A stretch of 64,000 bases of DNA from Candidatus Latescibacterota bacterium (lineage in GTDB: Bacteria; Latescibacterota; UBA2968; GCA-2709665). Under the pieces are notes generated by a model. The model was not told where the DNA came from. It searched no databases and worked only from the letters and a program-made list of their open reading frames with translations. The stretch is from NCBI GenBank assembly GCA_965116875.1, contig OZ220733.1, positions 4,160,001 to 4,224,000 of the forward strand. Reading direction: 5' to 3'. The translations under genes and the position numbers were made by a program. This document shows, piece by piece, positions 52,350 to 62,638 of the stretch (positions within the stretch are counted from its first letter, which is position 1; the number at the start of each line of letters is the position of its first letter).

Positions 52350-53825
52350 TTGGCTGACGTCATCAGGATTCATCCGGACAACAGGAAGGTCTTCGACTAC
52401 AGAGGCCGCCCTCTGGCGCTGATTTGTGCGACCGAGCATTATGGGGCGGTGATCAACCGGCCGTTTCGATTCGAACGGTATCTGAAGGATGCGGCCGAAC
52501 GGGGGCAGACGCTGACCCGATTGTTTACTCTGTTCAGAGAGTTGCAGACGCCGGTTAACCCATACTCGACCTGCAAGCCCGAATCGCCTGATTTTGTCGC
52601 GCCGTTCGAACGGACCGGGCCGGGAAACGCGCTGGACGGGCAGCCGCGGTACGATCTCTCGCGCCGGAACGCCGAGTATTTCGAACGGTTGCACGGATTT
52701 CTGTCCCTGGCGGAGTCGTACGGCATCATCGTGGAGGTGGTTCTCTTCAGCAACACCTACAAAGACGAGGTCTGGGCGCTCAATCCGCTGAATCCGGCCA
52801 ACAATATAACGATGGAACGCCCGGATCAGCCGGTACCCTGGCAGGAGTATATGACGTGCCGACGAAAGGACCTGCTGGCATGGCAGCGCGCGCACGTGCG
52901 TCGTATCGTGGAGGAAACCAACCGGTACGGAAACGTGATCTACGAGATCTGCAACGAGCCGTGTTATTTTCCCGATACCGGCGACCTGCCCGGATCGGAA
53001 GAGGTGAACGGCTGGCAGTCGCAGTTCATTGCGCAGATCCGCGAAATGGAGGACGCGATGCCGCACCGGCACCTGATCGCCGGTCAGGAAGCAATGACGA
53101 TCAGGCCGTTCGATCAGCCCTCCGACGGATCGTTCAAGGCAATGGATTTCGACGTTGTAAATATCCACCCGCTGCCAAATACGCTTTGCGACGGTCAGAG
53201 TTATGATCTCGGCGACTTCATGTCCAAGCAACTCAAACTGCGGCCGCTGCGTGACTTCACCCTCGCTACGTACGGACAACCCAAGCCGCTGAATCACGAC
53301 GAGGACAATATTGCAACCCAGTACAAGGAAGTTGAAGGATGGACGGTGCATCGCAAGCGGGCGTGGACCGCGCTGTTTTCCGGGGCCCATTACGACATGA
53401 TCGACTTTTCCATCCTGCCGTACCTCGAGACGGGAACGCCCGACTCGCGAAACGGGATTCGACGGTGGATGGGCAATCTGTCGGTTTTTATCCATTCGAT
53501 CGATCTTGTCCGGGCGCGCCCGGTCCTGCCGGGCTGGCTTAAAGAACGACCCGAGCATACACTGGAATCGGTGTACGCGGTAGCCGGCGAAGACTATTGC
53601 GTCTATCTTGCCGACGCCCGCGAACGGGAGGAGGCCGGGTGCGGCGATCCAATTGCGGGAAGGCTGTGCTTCGACTTGCCGCCGGGAGCGTTCGAAGTGT
53701 CCTGTTTTTCTCCATCAAACGGCGTTTATTCTCCTCGTATCCCTCTTGTCGGAGGTGAGTCTCGACAGGTGGTTTTGCACGCGTTTCGGCACGATGTTGT
53801 CGTACGCGTAACGAGAGTGGAATAA
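52350..53825 (+). CDS. Putative glycoside hydrolase, clan GH-A (GH5-like) TIM barrel
   Basis: YEICNEP acid/base motif, NIH, KPLNHDE nucleophile strand; TTG start inferred; no signal peptide. Confidence 0.65.
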   Translation: MADVIRIHPDNRKVFDYRGRPLALICATEHYGAVINRPFRFERYLKDAAERGQTLTRLFTLFRELQTPVNPYSTCKPESPDFVAPFERTGPGNALDGQPRYDLSRRNAEYFERLHGFLSLAESYGIIVEVVLFSNTYKDEVWALNPLNPANNITMERPDQPVPWQEYMTCRRKDLLAWQRAHVRRIVEETNRYGNVIYEICNEPCYFPDTGDLPGSEEVNGWQSQFIAQIREMEDAMPHRHLIAGQEAMTIRPFDQPSDGSFKAMDFDVVNIHPLPNTLCDGQSYDLGDFMSKQLKLRPLRDFTLATYGQPKPLNHDEDNIATQYKEVEGWTVHRKRAWTALFSGAHYDMIDFSILPYLETGTPDSRNGIRRWMGNLSVFIHSIDLVRARPVLPGWLKERPEHTLESVYAVAGEDYCVYLADAREREEAGCGDPIAGRLCFDLPPGAFEVSCFSPSNGVYSPRIPLVGGESRQVVLHAFRHDVVVRVTRVE

Positions 53826-53828
53826 CCC

Positions 53829-54638
53829 ATGGGACGCATGGACGGACAGGTCGCCTGGGTAAGCGGCGGCGCATCCGGAATGGGGGAAGCCACGGCCGGG
53901 CTGTTCGCCGTCGAGGGCGCACGGGTGGCCGTCGTCGACGTGCAGGAAGAACGGGGTCGACAGGTGGTGCACCGCATCGAAGAACGGGGCGGGGTCGCGA
54001 TCTTTCTGAAGTGCGACGTGGCGCAGGAAGAACAGGTGCGGGGTTCGATCGAAGCGACCGTGGGGCGTTTCGGGAAGCTGCAGACCGTTGTCAATTGCGC
54101 GGGAATCGTACACGTAGGGGGTCTCCACGAATATTCCGGGAAGGATTGGGACCGGCTGATGGGGGTAAATCTCAAGTCGATTTTCTTTTCCCTCAAGTAC
54201 GCCATCTCTCACCTCAGGGAACATTCCAGAAGTTATATGGCGAACATCGGATCCGTGGGCAGCTATATCGGTCAGGCCGACACGCCCGCGTATACCGCGT
54301 CCAAGCACGCTGTGCTGGGATTGAGCCGTTCGATCGCGCTTGACTACGCCAGGGACGGACTGCGCTGCAACTGCATTTGCCCGGGTATCACGGACACACC
54401 CATGCTGAGGTACCATCTGAATACGACGCCGGACCCGGAGGCTACGCTGGCGCAGCGTCTGCGGCGCGTCCCGACCGGAGCAGTCATCCAACCCGAGGAC
54501 GTCGCACGGGCAGCGGTTTACTTCTGCTCAGAGGCGTCAGCGGGGGTTACCGGCACGTCACTCGTGATCGATGGCGGGTATATCGCCGCGGCCGAGTGGG
54601 AGACGTCGGGTCCGACACGTTTTGCGGAGGAACCGTGA
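53829..54638 (+). CDS. SDR family oxidoreductase
   Basis: SGGASGMG, NCAG, YTASK, ICPG. Confidence 0.95.
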   Translation: MGRMDGQVAWVSGGASGMGEATAGLFAVEGARVAVVDVQEERGRQVVHRIEERGGVAIFLKCDVAQEEQVRGSIEATVGRFGKLQTVVNCAGIVHVGGLHEYSGKDWDRLMGVNLKSIFFSLKYAISHLREHSRSYMANIGSVGSYIGQADTPAYTASKHAVLGLSRSIALDYARDGLRCNCICPGITDTPMLRYHLNTTPDPEATLAQRLRRVPTGAVIQPEDVARAAVYFCSEASAGVTGTSLVIDGGYIAAAEWETSGPTRFAEEP

Positions 54639-55471
54639 ACACAAGACTGGCATGCTCGGATTTTACCTTTCCCCTGCTTCCGCACGAAGACGCGCTTCAA
54701 CTGATCTCCATGCTGGGTTTTGAGGGCGTGGATATCGGACTCTTCGAAGAGAGGTCCCATCTGTGGCCGTCGCGTGAGTTTGAAGATGCGCCGCGCTCCG
54801 CCCGAATGCTGAAGAAAAAACTGGATGACGTTGGACTCGAGCCGGCCGACGTGTTTTTGCAGATGGCAATGGATTTCGTGCCGTATGCCATCAATCATCC
54901 GCAGCGCACCCGGCGTCGGAAAGCGCGGGACTGGTTTTTGAAGGCGCTGGAGTACGCCGCCGAGTGCGGGTGCGCGCACGTAACGGCGCTACCGGGGGTT
55001 CACTTCCGGGACGAGACGCGCGCCGACTCGTTCAGCCGCGCCGTCGAAGAATTGAACTGGCGTGTGGCGCGGGCGAAGGAATGCGGCATCGTATTCGGCG
55101 TTGAGGCGCACGTCGGTTCCCTGGTTCCGCGGCCGAAATCTGCCGAACGCCTTGTACAGGCTGTTCCCGGCCTGACGTTGACACTGGATTACACGCACTT
55201 CACGAAAATCGGCCTGCCGGATTCGGACGTGGAACCCCTGATGAAGTATGCCAGTCACTTCCACGCACGTGGTGCGCGGCGGGGGCGGTTGCAGACGTCT
55301 TTCGACCACAATGTCATCGACTACCGGCGGGTCGTTGAAGTGATGAGGGACAGTGGATATCGCGGATGGCTCGGCGTCGAATACATCTGGATCGACTGGG
55401 AGCATTGCAACGAATGCGACACCGTTTCGGAAACCGTGAGGTATCGGGATTTCTTCAGATCGATGGGATGA
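54635..55471 (+). CDS. Sugar phosphate isomerase/epimerase (AP-endonuclease-2 TIM barrel)
   Basis: [31 protein letters not shown]; GTG overlaps SDR stop. Confidence 0.88.
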   Translation: MNTRLACSDFTFPLLPHEDALQLISMLGFEGVDIGLFEERSHLWPSREFEDAPRSARMLKKKLDDVGLEPADVFLQMAMDFVPYAINHPQRTRRRKARDWFLKALEYAAECGCAHVTALPGVHFRDETRADSFSRAVEELNWRVARAKECGIVFGVEAHVGSLVPRPKSAERLVQAVPGLTLTLDYTHFTKIGLPDSDVEPLMKYASHFHARGARRGRLQTSFDHNVIDYRRVVEVMRDSGYRGWLGVEYIWIDWEHCNECDTVSETVRYRDFFRSMG

Positions 55472-55519
55472 AAATCGGGGCGGATTCACCGAGCCGAACG
55501 CGGGTCGAATCGGGCCCTG

Positions 55520-55548
55520 TTGACAAGCCCGGCAGTCACGAGTATATT
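55520..55548 (+). promoter_or_regulatory. ssb promoter
   Basis: TTGACA-N17-TATATT. Confidence 0.72.
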
Positions 55549-55626
55549 CGATTGAACACGATTTCGGTAAGGATCGTGCCATCGTCCATATCAGATTGGT
55601 TTTGTATTTTTAAAAGGAGACCGGTA

Positions 55627-56133
55627 ATGGCACGCGGTGGTGTAAACAAGGTGATTCTGATCGGCAACGTCGGAGCGGATCCGGAACTGCGATATACGGC
55701 CGGCGGGACCGCAGTCACGAATTTCAATATTGCCACGAATGAAAGCTGGACGGACAGTTCCGGCGAACGCCAGGAGCGAACGGAATGGCATCGCATTGTG
55801 GTGTGGGGCAGGCTGGCGGAGATCTGCAATCAGTATCTGCGGAAGGGAAGCAAGGTCTTCATCGAGGGACGCCTGCAGACCCGAAGCTGGGAAACACAGG
55901 ATGGGCAGAAGCGGTATACCACCGAGGTCGTCGCCCGAGATATGCAGATGCTGGACTCCCGGGGTGATTTCGATTCCGGGGGGGGTGCCTCGCAGGGTCC
56001 GGGTCAACCGAACGAAGGGACGCGTGACGCGCGATCGGGGCCCCCGGACAACGGAGCCGGCACGGATACGGGGTCCGGCGGATCGGGCTCGCCGTCCTTC
56101 GGCGGCGACGACGACGACGATCTCCCGTTCTGA
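55627..56133 (+). CDS. ssb: Single-stranded DNA-binding protein
   Basis: [28 protein letters not shown] tail. Confidence 0.98.
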   Translation: MARGGVNKVILIGNVGADPELRYTAGGTAVTNFNIATNESWTDSSGERQERTEWHRIVVWGRLAEICNQYLRKGSKVFIEGRLQTRSWETQDGQKRYTTEVVARDMQMLDSRGDFDSGGGASQGPGQPNEGTRDARSGPPDNGAGTDTGSGGSGSPSFGGDDDDDLPF

Positions 56134-56336
56134 TCGCGGAGGTGATCGCAAACGGGAGTCGATTGGATGGTTGGATATTTTCGGGACAGAACACCAGGGC
56201 CGCGGGGCTGCGAATTCTTTTTGCAGCCCCGTGTGCTATATGTACATTGAGGTGATCGGGCGGCCGGGATGAGGTGCGCACGCGGCCGCCGGGCGGATAC
56301 CCGCTGGTCTTGCGTGGATTTACATCTGGTACCGGC

Positions 56337-56987
56337 ATGTTGAGGTCAATAGCGTTTGTTTCCGGCGCGGCGCTCATGGCATTGGAAATCGTGGGCAGCC
56401 GGGTACTTGCGCCGTATTTCGGCAGTTCCGTTTTCGTGTGGGGCAGCCTGATTGCGGTGGTCCTGGCCGCACTGTGCCTTGGCGCGTACACGGGCGGCAG
56501 ACTGGCGGACCGCATGCCGACGGGACGGCCCCTTGCCGCATTGATGGGAATGGCCGGGCTGATGGCGCTTTTCATGCCTTGGGTAGCGGCGGCGGTCAAC
56601 AGGGCGGTTTTCATGATGAATCTGGGCCCCCGGGGCGGCCCTCTGCTGGCTTCGATCGCTCTGTTTACGATTCCGGGGGTGGCGTTGGGCGCCGTCACGC
56701 CCTTTGTTGTCCGGCTGCTGGCTGACCGCGTCGACAGGGTTGGGGGCGTTGCCGGGACAGTATCGGCATTGTCCGCCGCGGGCAGCATCGTGGGGACGCT
56801 GGGAACGGCGTTCTACCTGATACCCGCTATGGGCGTGAGGCATATTCTGCATCTGATCGGCGCGGTGCTTCTGGTCCTGTCGGCGATGGCGCTGTGGTGT
56901 GCGTACAACGCCACGGCGCCGGGCGGGGACGCGCAGCGCTACGGCATCCGGCGGACGGGACCGGGAAAGGATGAGAATCGTCACTGA
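56337..56987 (+). CDS. Membrane domain of 'fused MFS/spermidine synthase' family, stand-alone
   Basis: SGAALMALEIVGSRVLAPYFGSS..W..GGRLAD, GSIVGT; ~6 TM; start 56337 or 56274. Confidence 0.8.
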   Translation: MLRSIAFVSGAALMALEIVGSRVLAPYFGSSVFVWGSLIAVVLAALCLGAYTGGRLADRMPTGRPLAALMGMAGLMALFMPWVAAAVNRAVFMMNLGPRGGPLLASIALFTIPGVALGAVTPFVVRLLADRVDRVGGVAGTVSALSAAGSIVGTLGTAFYLIPAMGVRHILHLIGAVLLVLSAMALWCAYNATAPGGDAQRYGIRRTGPGKDENRH

Positions 56988-57057
56988 ATCGGGGTGACCG
57001 GCAGCGGCTCATCAGCGGGCGGGACACGCTGCCGGCGGCACTCCGTCAGGGCTTGCT

Positions 57058-57999
57058 TTGAAAGGGCTTGCTGTCAAGCGCTTTTCGTACAACTTTTCAA
57101 CGTCGATCCTCCTGTTTCTGGTTCTCGCGGCCTGCGAAGTCCGGCCGGAGATACCGAAGAACGAGAGACTGGTCTATGTCCACGACTCCCTGTACAATCA
57201 TATCGTGGTTTCCGAAGACGACGAAGCCCGTTACCTCCGGTTCGGGTACGGAGCAAAACAAAGCGCGTTGACCCTTGGAAATCCCGCTTCGCTGCGTGTG
57301 CCCTACACGGCGTACCTTACGCTGGGGATGGCCTTCACGGATCCGGAGCGCGCGCTGATGATCGGACTCGCCGGCGGGTCGGTGGCCCGGTTCATACGGT
57401 CCGCGCGCCCGGACGTCGCACTGGACGTGGTCGAACTCGACCCCGACGTGGTTCGTGTGGCAAACCGGTATTTCGGCGTCGAAGAGGACGGCGGTCTGAG
57501 GATTCACGTTGAAGACGGCCGGATGTTCGTTAAACGAACGACCGATCGTTACGACTGGGTTGTTCTGGATGCGTTTCATTCCGACTCCATGCCGCACCAT
57601 CTGGCAACGGCGGAATTCTTCGATGAAGTGAAGGGAGTACTCACGCCCCGCGGAGTCGTTACGGTAAACGTGGCGCCGCTCGGGCCCGGCGTTTTGTACC
57701 TGTCGATTATTCGCACATTGACGCGGGTGTTTCCACAGGTGTACCTGTTCCAGGTACCGGAGCGCAGCAATATTGTGGCCGTTGCCACACTGGATGAGTC
57801 CCGGCTCGAAGGCGACCGGATCGCACGGTCGATTCATGAGTTGAAGGCGAGGACGGGCGTCGCGCTGGAATTGCTGATCCCCGCGCCGCCTTATGGAAAC
57901 CAGAAGCCCCGGGTCCGCGGCGTTCCGGAGTTGACCGACGACTATGCGCCGGTGGACTGGCTGCGATTCTGGCAGACGCCCGAGGCGGGGATCAGATAG
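57058..57999 (+). CDS. Spermidine synthase-like SAM-binding protein with N-terminal hydrophobic/lipobox segment
   Basis: SLYNHIVV, IGLAGG, VELDP, DGR, LDAF, HLATAEFF, LTDDYAP. Confidence 0.85.
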   Translation: MKGLAVKRFSYNFSTSILLFLVLAACEVRPEIPKNERLVYVHDSLYNHIVVSEDDEARYLRFGYGAKQSALTLGNPASLRVPYTAYLTLGMAFTDPERALMIGLAGGSVARFIRSARPDVALDVVELDPDVVRVANRYFGVEEDGGLRIHVEDGRMFVKRTTDRYDWVVLDAFHSDSMPHHLATAEFFDEVKGVLTPRGVVTVNVAPLGPGVLYLSIIRTLTRVFPQVYLFQVPERSNIVAVATLDESRLEGDRIARSIHELKARTGVALELLIPAPPYGNQKPRVRGVPELTDDYAPVDWLRFWQTPEAGIR

Positions 58000-58060
58000 A
58001 CCTGGTATCGGGCGCTAACGCGGCACGAGGTTCGATGCCTTAAATGTAAGGAGAGACTCG

Positions 58061-59716
58061 ATGGCGGAGATCTGGAAACCGGAACCGGAGTTGCTGGAGT
58101 CGCTGGATACCGCTGTACCGGGAATTCTGGCGTCCCAGAAGGAGAACGGGCAGTTTGGCACAGAGCCGTGGATCTGCGGAGACCAGAACGTCATCTTTTC
58201 TCTCGCCGCGGCGTGGCACCTGGAGGAGAGCCGGTACCACGGCAACGAAGAGGTCCTCGCCGCAATCGTACGCGGAGGGGACGCGCTGATCCACGCCCAG
58301 GATGAACAGGGGAAATGGACGTTTCTGAAAAAGGACTACTCGGAGTGGGGTCAGATCTATATGCCCTGGACCTACAGCCGCTGGATTCGCGCCTATCAAT
58401 TGGTCAGGGAAGCGATGTGCGGCCACGCGCGGGCCGCATGGGACGAGGCGCTGCTGTTGGGGTTCGACGGTATATCGAGGACCTGCCTGGCCCATGTACA
58501 TAACATCCCGGCGCATCACGCGATGGCCCTGTTCTGCGCGGGCACGGTGTTCGGACGCGACGACTGGCGTGCGCAGTCGCGAGCGTTCATGGCGAAGGTT
58601 GCGGAGGCGCAGTCGCCGCAGGGCTGGTGGCCGGAGCACAACGGACCTGTCGTGGCCTACAACTTCGTCTATTCGGATTCACTGGGGATTTACTACGGGA
58701 TGTCGGGCGATCCGGCGGTGCTGCCCGCGCTCGAACGCGCGGCCGCCTACCACGCGAGTCTGACCTATCCTGACGGCAGCACCGTTGAAACCGTGGATGG
58801 CCGCAACCCCTATCATGGCGGCATTCACGATGGCAATCCGGGGTTCAGCCATACGCCCGCGGGCAGAGGGTATCTGGCGCAGCAGCACCGGCTCCTGCTG
58901 GCGGAGGGTACAGGGTTCGCCGCGGATTACGCGGCCAGTCTGCTGCTGTATGGCGGCCACGGAGAGGCGGTTGAGACGGCCGCGGGAAAGGAACGGCACG
59001 TCTTTCGTATGGCGGACGAGGCGACCGCGGTCAGGAACGGTCCGTGGTTCATCTGTCTGTCGGCCTTCATTGTGGATTTCCCGCAGAATCGTTGGGGCCA
59101 GGATCGCCAGAACTTCGTCAGCGTGTTTCACGACAGGACGGGGCTGGTCGTGGGCGGCGGCAACACAAAGCTGCAGCCGCTCTGGAGCTGCTTCACGGTG
59201 GGGGACAAGACGCTTCTGTCGCACACGCCCGGGGACGAAGACCCGGACTTCGACGTCCCCGAGGGATTGATCCACGTGCCGGACGAGCTTTCGTACGACT
59301 CAGGCGAGGACGGCGGCCGGCTCCGGATGCGCTACGGTGAGGAGAACTGCAGCATAGACGCGAAGGTCGAGTCGGAAACCGAATTGACGCTCGCGTACAC
59401 CGCAACGGGGAATTCAGGTTTGCCGGTGGACGGACACGTGACGCTGATACCGCACCTGGACCGTGAGGTGCGTTTCGCGTCGGGAGAGACCGCAAGGCTG
59501 GGCGAATCGAAGGCGGAGTGGGCCGGCGAGGCCTGGTTGCAGCACGCCGGCTGGCGCCTGCACCTGCCGCCGGGAAGCCGCGTGGTCTGGCCGGCATTGC
59601 CACACAATCCCTATCGGAAAGCGGGTGACTCAACCATCGAGGAAGCGCGCCTGGTCGTGGTGCTGCCGTTCTCGGCCGAAGTGGAACGGCATGAGTTGAG
59701 ATTGGCGGTCGCATAG
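58061..59716 (+). CDS. Hypothetical protein, possible (alpha/alpha)-toroid carbohydrate-active enzyme
   Basis: 551-aa ORF with SD GGAG; repeated Q..G.W motifs; no clear family. Confidence 0.75.
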   Translation: MAEIWKPEPELLESLDTAVPGILASQKENGQFGTEPWICGDQNVIFSLAAAWHLEESRYHGNEEVLAAIVRGGDALIHAQDEQGKWTFLKKDYSEWGQIYMPWTYSRWIRAYQLVREAMCGHARAAWDEALLLGFDGISRTCLAHVHNIPAHHAMALFCAGTVFGRDDWRAQSRAFMAKVAEAQSPQGWWPEHNGPVVAYNFVYSDSLGIYYGMSGDPAVLPALERAAAYHASLTYPDGSTVETVDGRNPYHGGIHDGNPGFSHTPAGRGYLAQQHRLLLAEGTGFAADYAASLLLYGGHGEAVETAAGKERHVFRMADEATAVRNGPWFICLSAFIVDFPQNRWGQDRQNFVSVFHDRTGLVVGGGNTKLQPLWSCFTVGDKTLLSHTPGDEDPDFDVPEGLIHVPDELSYDSGEDGGRLRMRYGEENCSIDAKVESETELTLAYTATGNSGLPVDGHVTLIPHLDREVRFASGETARLGESKAEWAGEAWLQHAGWRLHLPPGSRVVWPALPHNPYRKAGDSTIEEARLVVVLPFSAEVERHELRLAVA

Positions 59717-59751
59717 GTACCACCCGGGCCCGATTCGAGTGGGTACCGTGA

Positions 59752-60669
59752 ATGTTCCGCAGCGTTGAAGCCGAGTGGTTCAGGGTACGTGTCGACCTGC
59801 CGTGCCACGCATCGGAAACGGCGTCCGAATTGCTGTTTGGTCTGGGGAGCTGCGGGGTGCATGTGCACAGTGGTTCGGCTTCCGGCACGACAGGGCTCAC
59901 GGCGTACTTTCCGGTCGAGAGAGACAGCGGCCGCGTGGTATCCGGCTTTTGGAGCGGACTGAATGCGTTTACAGGTGATCTGAGAACCGTACGCGTGGAC
60001 GTGGCCGAGGTCCCACCGGAGGATTGGGCCTCGTCCTGGAAGTCCCGTTTCAGGCCCGTCTACCCGATTCCCGCCATTGCGGTCTGCCCGCCGTGGGAAC
60101 GCGTCGACGATCCTGAAGGCGGATTCAGTCTGGTCATTGAGCCCAGGACGGCCTTCGGAACCGGTCAGCATGAGACCACCCGGTTGGCCCTGAAGATGAT
60201 GCATGCCGTCGTAAAACCGGGCGACGTCGTGCTGGACGTGGGCACCGGATCGGGGATCCTGAGCTTCGCGGCCGCCAGGCTCGGCGCCGCGAGCGTGACG
60301 GGTATCGATTCCGATGTGCTGGCCATCGAGAATGCCCGGGCGAACATGCGCCTGAACGGGAACCCCGGCAACGTGGTCTTTCGCAGGGAAACGGCAGCGT
60401 GCGTAACCGGAGAATACGACGTCGTGGTCGCCAATATCGACGGAAGCACACTCGTCTCCATGCTGCCTGCGCTTGCGTCACGTGTGGCGGCGACGGGGAA
60501 CCTGATCCTTGGAGGCGTGCTGGTTCAGGAGCAGGCCACGCTCTTCGAGGCGGTCCGCGCAGCCGGACTCCGTGCGGCGGAGGTCGTCGAGCAGGACGGG
60601 TGGCTGGGTATTCGGGCCCGGTGGAGAATCAAGGCTGAGGACGGCGAAGCGAACGTGGCGACGGCTTGA
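59752..60669 (+). CDS. prmA: Ribosomal protein L11 methyltransferase
   Basis: EDW..WK, PPW, AFGTGQHETT, LDVGTGSGIL, VVANI. Confidence 0.95.
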   Translation: MFRSVEAEWFRVRVDLPCHASETASELLFGLGSCGVHVHSGSASGTTGLTAYFPVERDSGRVVSGFWSGLNAFTGDLRTVRVDVAEVPPEDWASSWKSRFRPVYPIPAIAVCPPWERVDDPEGGFSLVIEPRTAFGTGQHETTRLALKMMHAVVKPGDVVLDVGTGSGILSFAAARLGAASVTGIDSDVLAIENARANMRLNGNPGNVVFRRETAACVTGEYDVVVANIDGSTLVSMLPALASRVAATGNLILGGVLVQEQATLFEAVRAAGLRAAEVVEQDGWLGIRARWRIKAEDGEANVATA

Positions 60670-60710
60670 AATCCGCCCCGCGACTCGCGTGTGGGGGTGG
60701 GACGGAGGGT

Positions 60711-61829
60711 CTATCCGCCGCTCAGCTTGAGCAATTTTTCAGTCGACTTGAGTCCGTGTCCGGTCAGGGGCGCCACAACGCACTCGTCCCCGCCCGCAGG
60801 GATCTTCCTGAATGCCGCAATCGCGGTTGCGGACGTGGGTTCGGCGTACAGACCCTGTCTGCAGATATCCAGCAGGGCTTCTTCGATTTCGCCGTCGGTA
60901 ACGGCGATCATCCGGCCGCCGGTTTCGCGAATGATATCCAGGATCTGCGACGCACGCGTGGGTTCCGCGATGGCAATCCCTTCGGCAATCGTATTGCCTG
61001 AGGACGCCGGGGGAGGCTCCGCGAGCCGGTCGCGCCACATCCGGTAGAGAGGCGCGCAGTTCGCGGCCTGCACGGCGATCATCCTGGGCAGACGGTCGAT
61101 CAGCCCGTTTTCCAGAAGGTCCCGGAATCCGAGGAAGGCGCCGATCAGCATTGTGCCGTGACCCGTGGGGACGATCAATGCATCGGGTGCATGGAAGCCG
61201 AGTTGCTCCCAGATCTCAAACGAATAGGTCTTTGTGCCCTGGAAGAAGAACGGATTCCAGACGTGGCTCGCGTAGAAGTGGTGTTCGGCCGCTGCCATGG
61301 CCGCACGCGCCGTGGCTTCCCTGGAACCGGGTACACGGATCAGTTTCGCGCCGTAGAGGCGGATCTGCGCGAGCTTCCCTGGAGACGTGGACTCGGGCAC
61401 GTAGATTTCGCATTCGATGCCGGCCTTTGCCGCATACGCCGCAACCGCGGCGCCCGCGTTGCCTGACGAGTCCTCCACGACCCTCTCAACACCCAGTTCG
61501 GCGGCGCGGCTGATCAGGACGGAAGCGCCGCGATCCTTGAAGGACCCCGTGGGAAAGAGGTTCTCCTGTTTGACGGTGAGGGGTCTGCCGTCGATCTGCA
61601 TTCGAACGATTGGCGTAAACCCTTCGTTGAACGAAACGACGTGGGTATCCGCACCGATCGGCAGCGCTTCCCGATAGCGCCACATTCCCGGCGATCGGCG
61701 CTTGATCTTGCCCGCGTCGATGGCGCCCCGGAAGCCCACGTCCAGAAGCCCGCCACAGCCGCACCGCCAGAGGCGGGTGTCCTGGGGGTGGACCGTGTCG
61801 CAGGCCCTGCAGACGATCCGCAGCGTCAT
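60711..61829 (-). CDS. Threonine synthase-like PLP enzyme (fold type II)
   Basis: N-terminal Cys cluster, EGFTP, PTGSFKDRG, DSSGNAG, EPTSA, TGHGLK. Confidence 0.9.
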   Translation of the reverse strand: MTLRIVCRACDTVHPQDTRLWRCGCGGLLDVGFRGAIDAGKIKRRSPGMWRYREALPIGADTHVVSFNEGFTPIVRMQIDGRPLTVKQENLFPTGSFKDRGASVLISRAAELGVERVVEDSSGNAGAAVAAYAAKAGIECEIYVPESTSPGKLAQIRLYGAKLIRVPGSREATARAAMAAAEHHFYASHVWNPFFFQGTKTYSFEIWEQLGFHAPDALIVPTGHGTMLIGAFLGFRDLLENGLIDRLPRMIAVQAANCAPLYRMWRDRLAEPPPASSGNTIAEGIAIAEPTRASQILDIIRETGGRMIAVTDGEIEEALLDICRQGLYAEPTSATAIAAFRKIPAGGDECVVAPLTGHGLKSTEKLLKLSGG

Positions 61830-62614
61830 GACCGGACTCTTCCTTTCAACATGGCCGAGGTGACGGCGATCGCCGCGCGGCGAGGGATAAGCCGTCCCGT
61901 GAAGTTCAGCAGCCGGTTTACGAGGCCATGAATCACAGAGGGTTTTCTTCCGAGTTTATTGAGCGCCAGGGCCACGACGGCGCCGGGCGCGGCCTCTCTC
62001 AGGCCGCTGGCGTCCGTCATGCGCGCCACGCTTGTGAATTCCGTTTTTGTGAATCCGGGAGAGAGCGCCAGAGAGTCGATGCCTCTTGTCCTGTATTCTT
62101 CCCAGAGGGATTCTCCCATCAGCAGATTGAAGGCCTTGGTGGCGCCGTAGACGCCGAGGTACGGGGTCGCCTGGTATGCGGCCGTAGACGCCAGAAAGAT
62201 CAGGCCGCCGTGACCTCGATCGAGCATCAGCGGCAGGTAGTGGTTGGTGAGCAGAACCGGGACGACGCAGTTCAATACGGTCATGTTCACCATGCGATCG
62301 GGGTCAAGGTCCGCGTATGCGCCGGAAAGTCCGAATCCGGCATTGTTTACGAGCAGCCCGATTTCCAGGTCGCTCGTCTGATCTCCAACGTGGCTGCAGG
62401 CGTCGCTACCGGTAAGGTCCGCGGGAACGATGCGCGTCTTTACGCCGTGGTTCCGCCGGACTCCGTCGGCAAGCGTCGCCATCTGTTGTTCCCTGCGGGC
62501 TACGAGGACCACGTTCAAACCCCTGGCGGCCAACTGCGTAACGAACTCCGCTCCGAGACCGGATGACGCGCCGGTTACCAGGGCCCACGGGCCATATTTC
62601 TCGTGCCATTGCAT
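61826..62614 (-). CDS. SDR family oxidoreductase
   Basis: TGASSGLG, NNAG, YGATK. Confidence 0.94.
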   Translation of the reverse strand: MQWHEKYGPWALVTGASSGLGAEFVTQLAARGLNVVLVARREQQMATLADGVRRNHGVKTRIVPADLTGSDACSHVGDQTSDLEIGLLVNNAGFGLSGAYADLDPDRMVNMTVLNCVVPVLLTNHYLPLMLDRGHGGLIFLASTAAYQATPYLGVYGATKAFNLLMGESLWEEYRTRGIDSLALSPGFTKTEFTSVARMTDASGLREAAPGAVVALALNKLGRKPSVIHGLVNRLLNFTGRLIPRRAAIAVTSAMLKGRVRS

Positions 62615-62638
62615 ACCTGACGGTTCCTTTCCGATCCG

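Noticed and set aside
60711-61829. Calling this gene thrC
   Set aside because: Belongs to the short DSSGNAG threonine-synthase-like group with no thrA/thrB nearby; function uncertain
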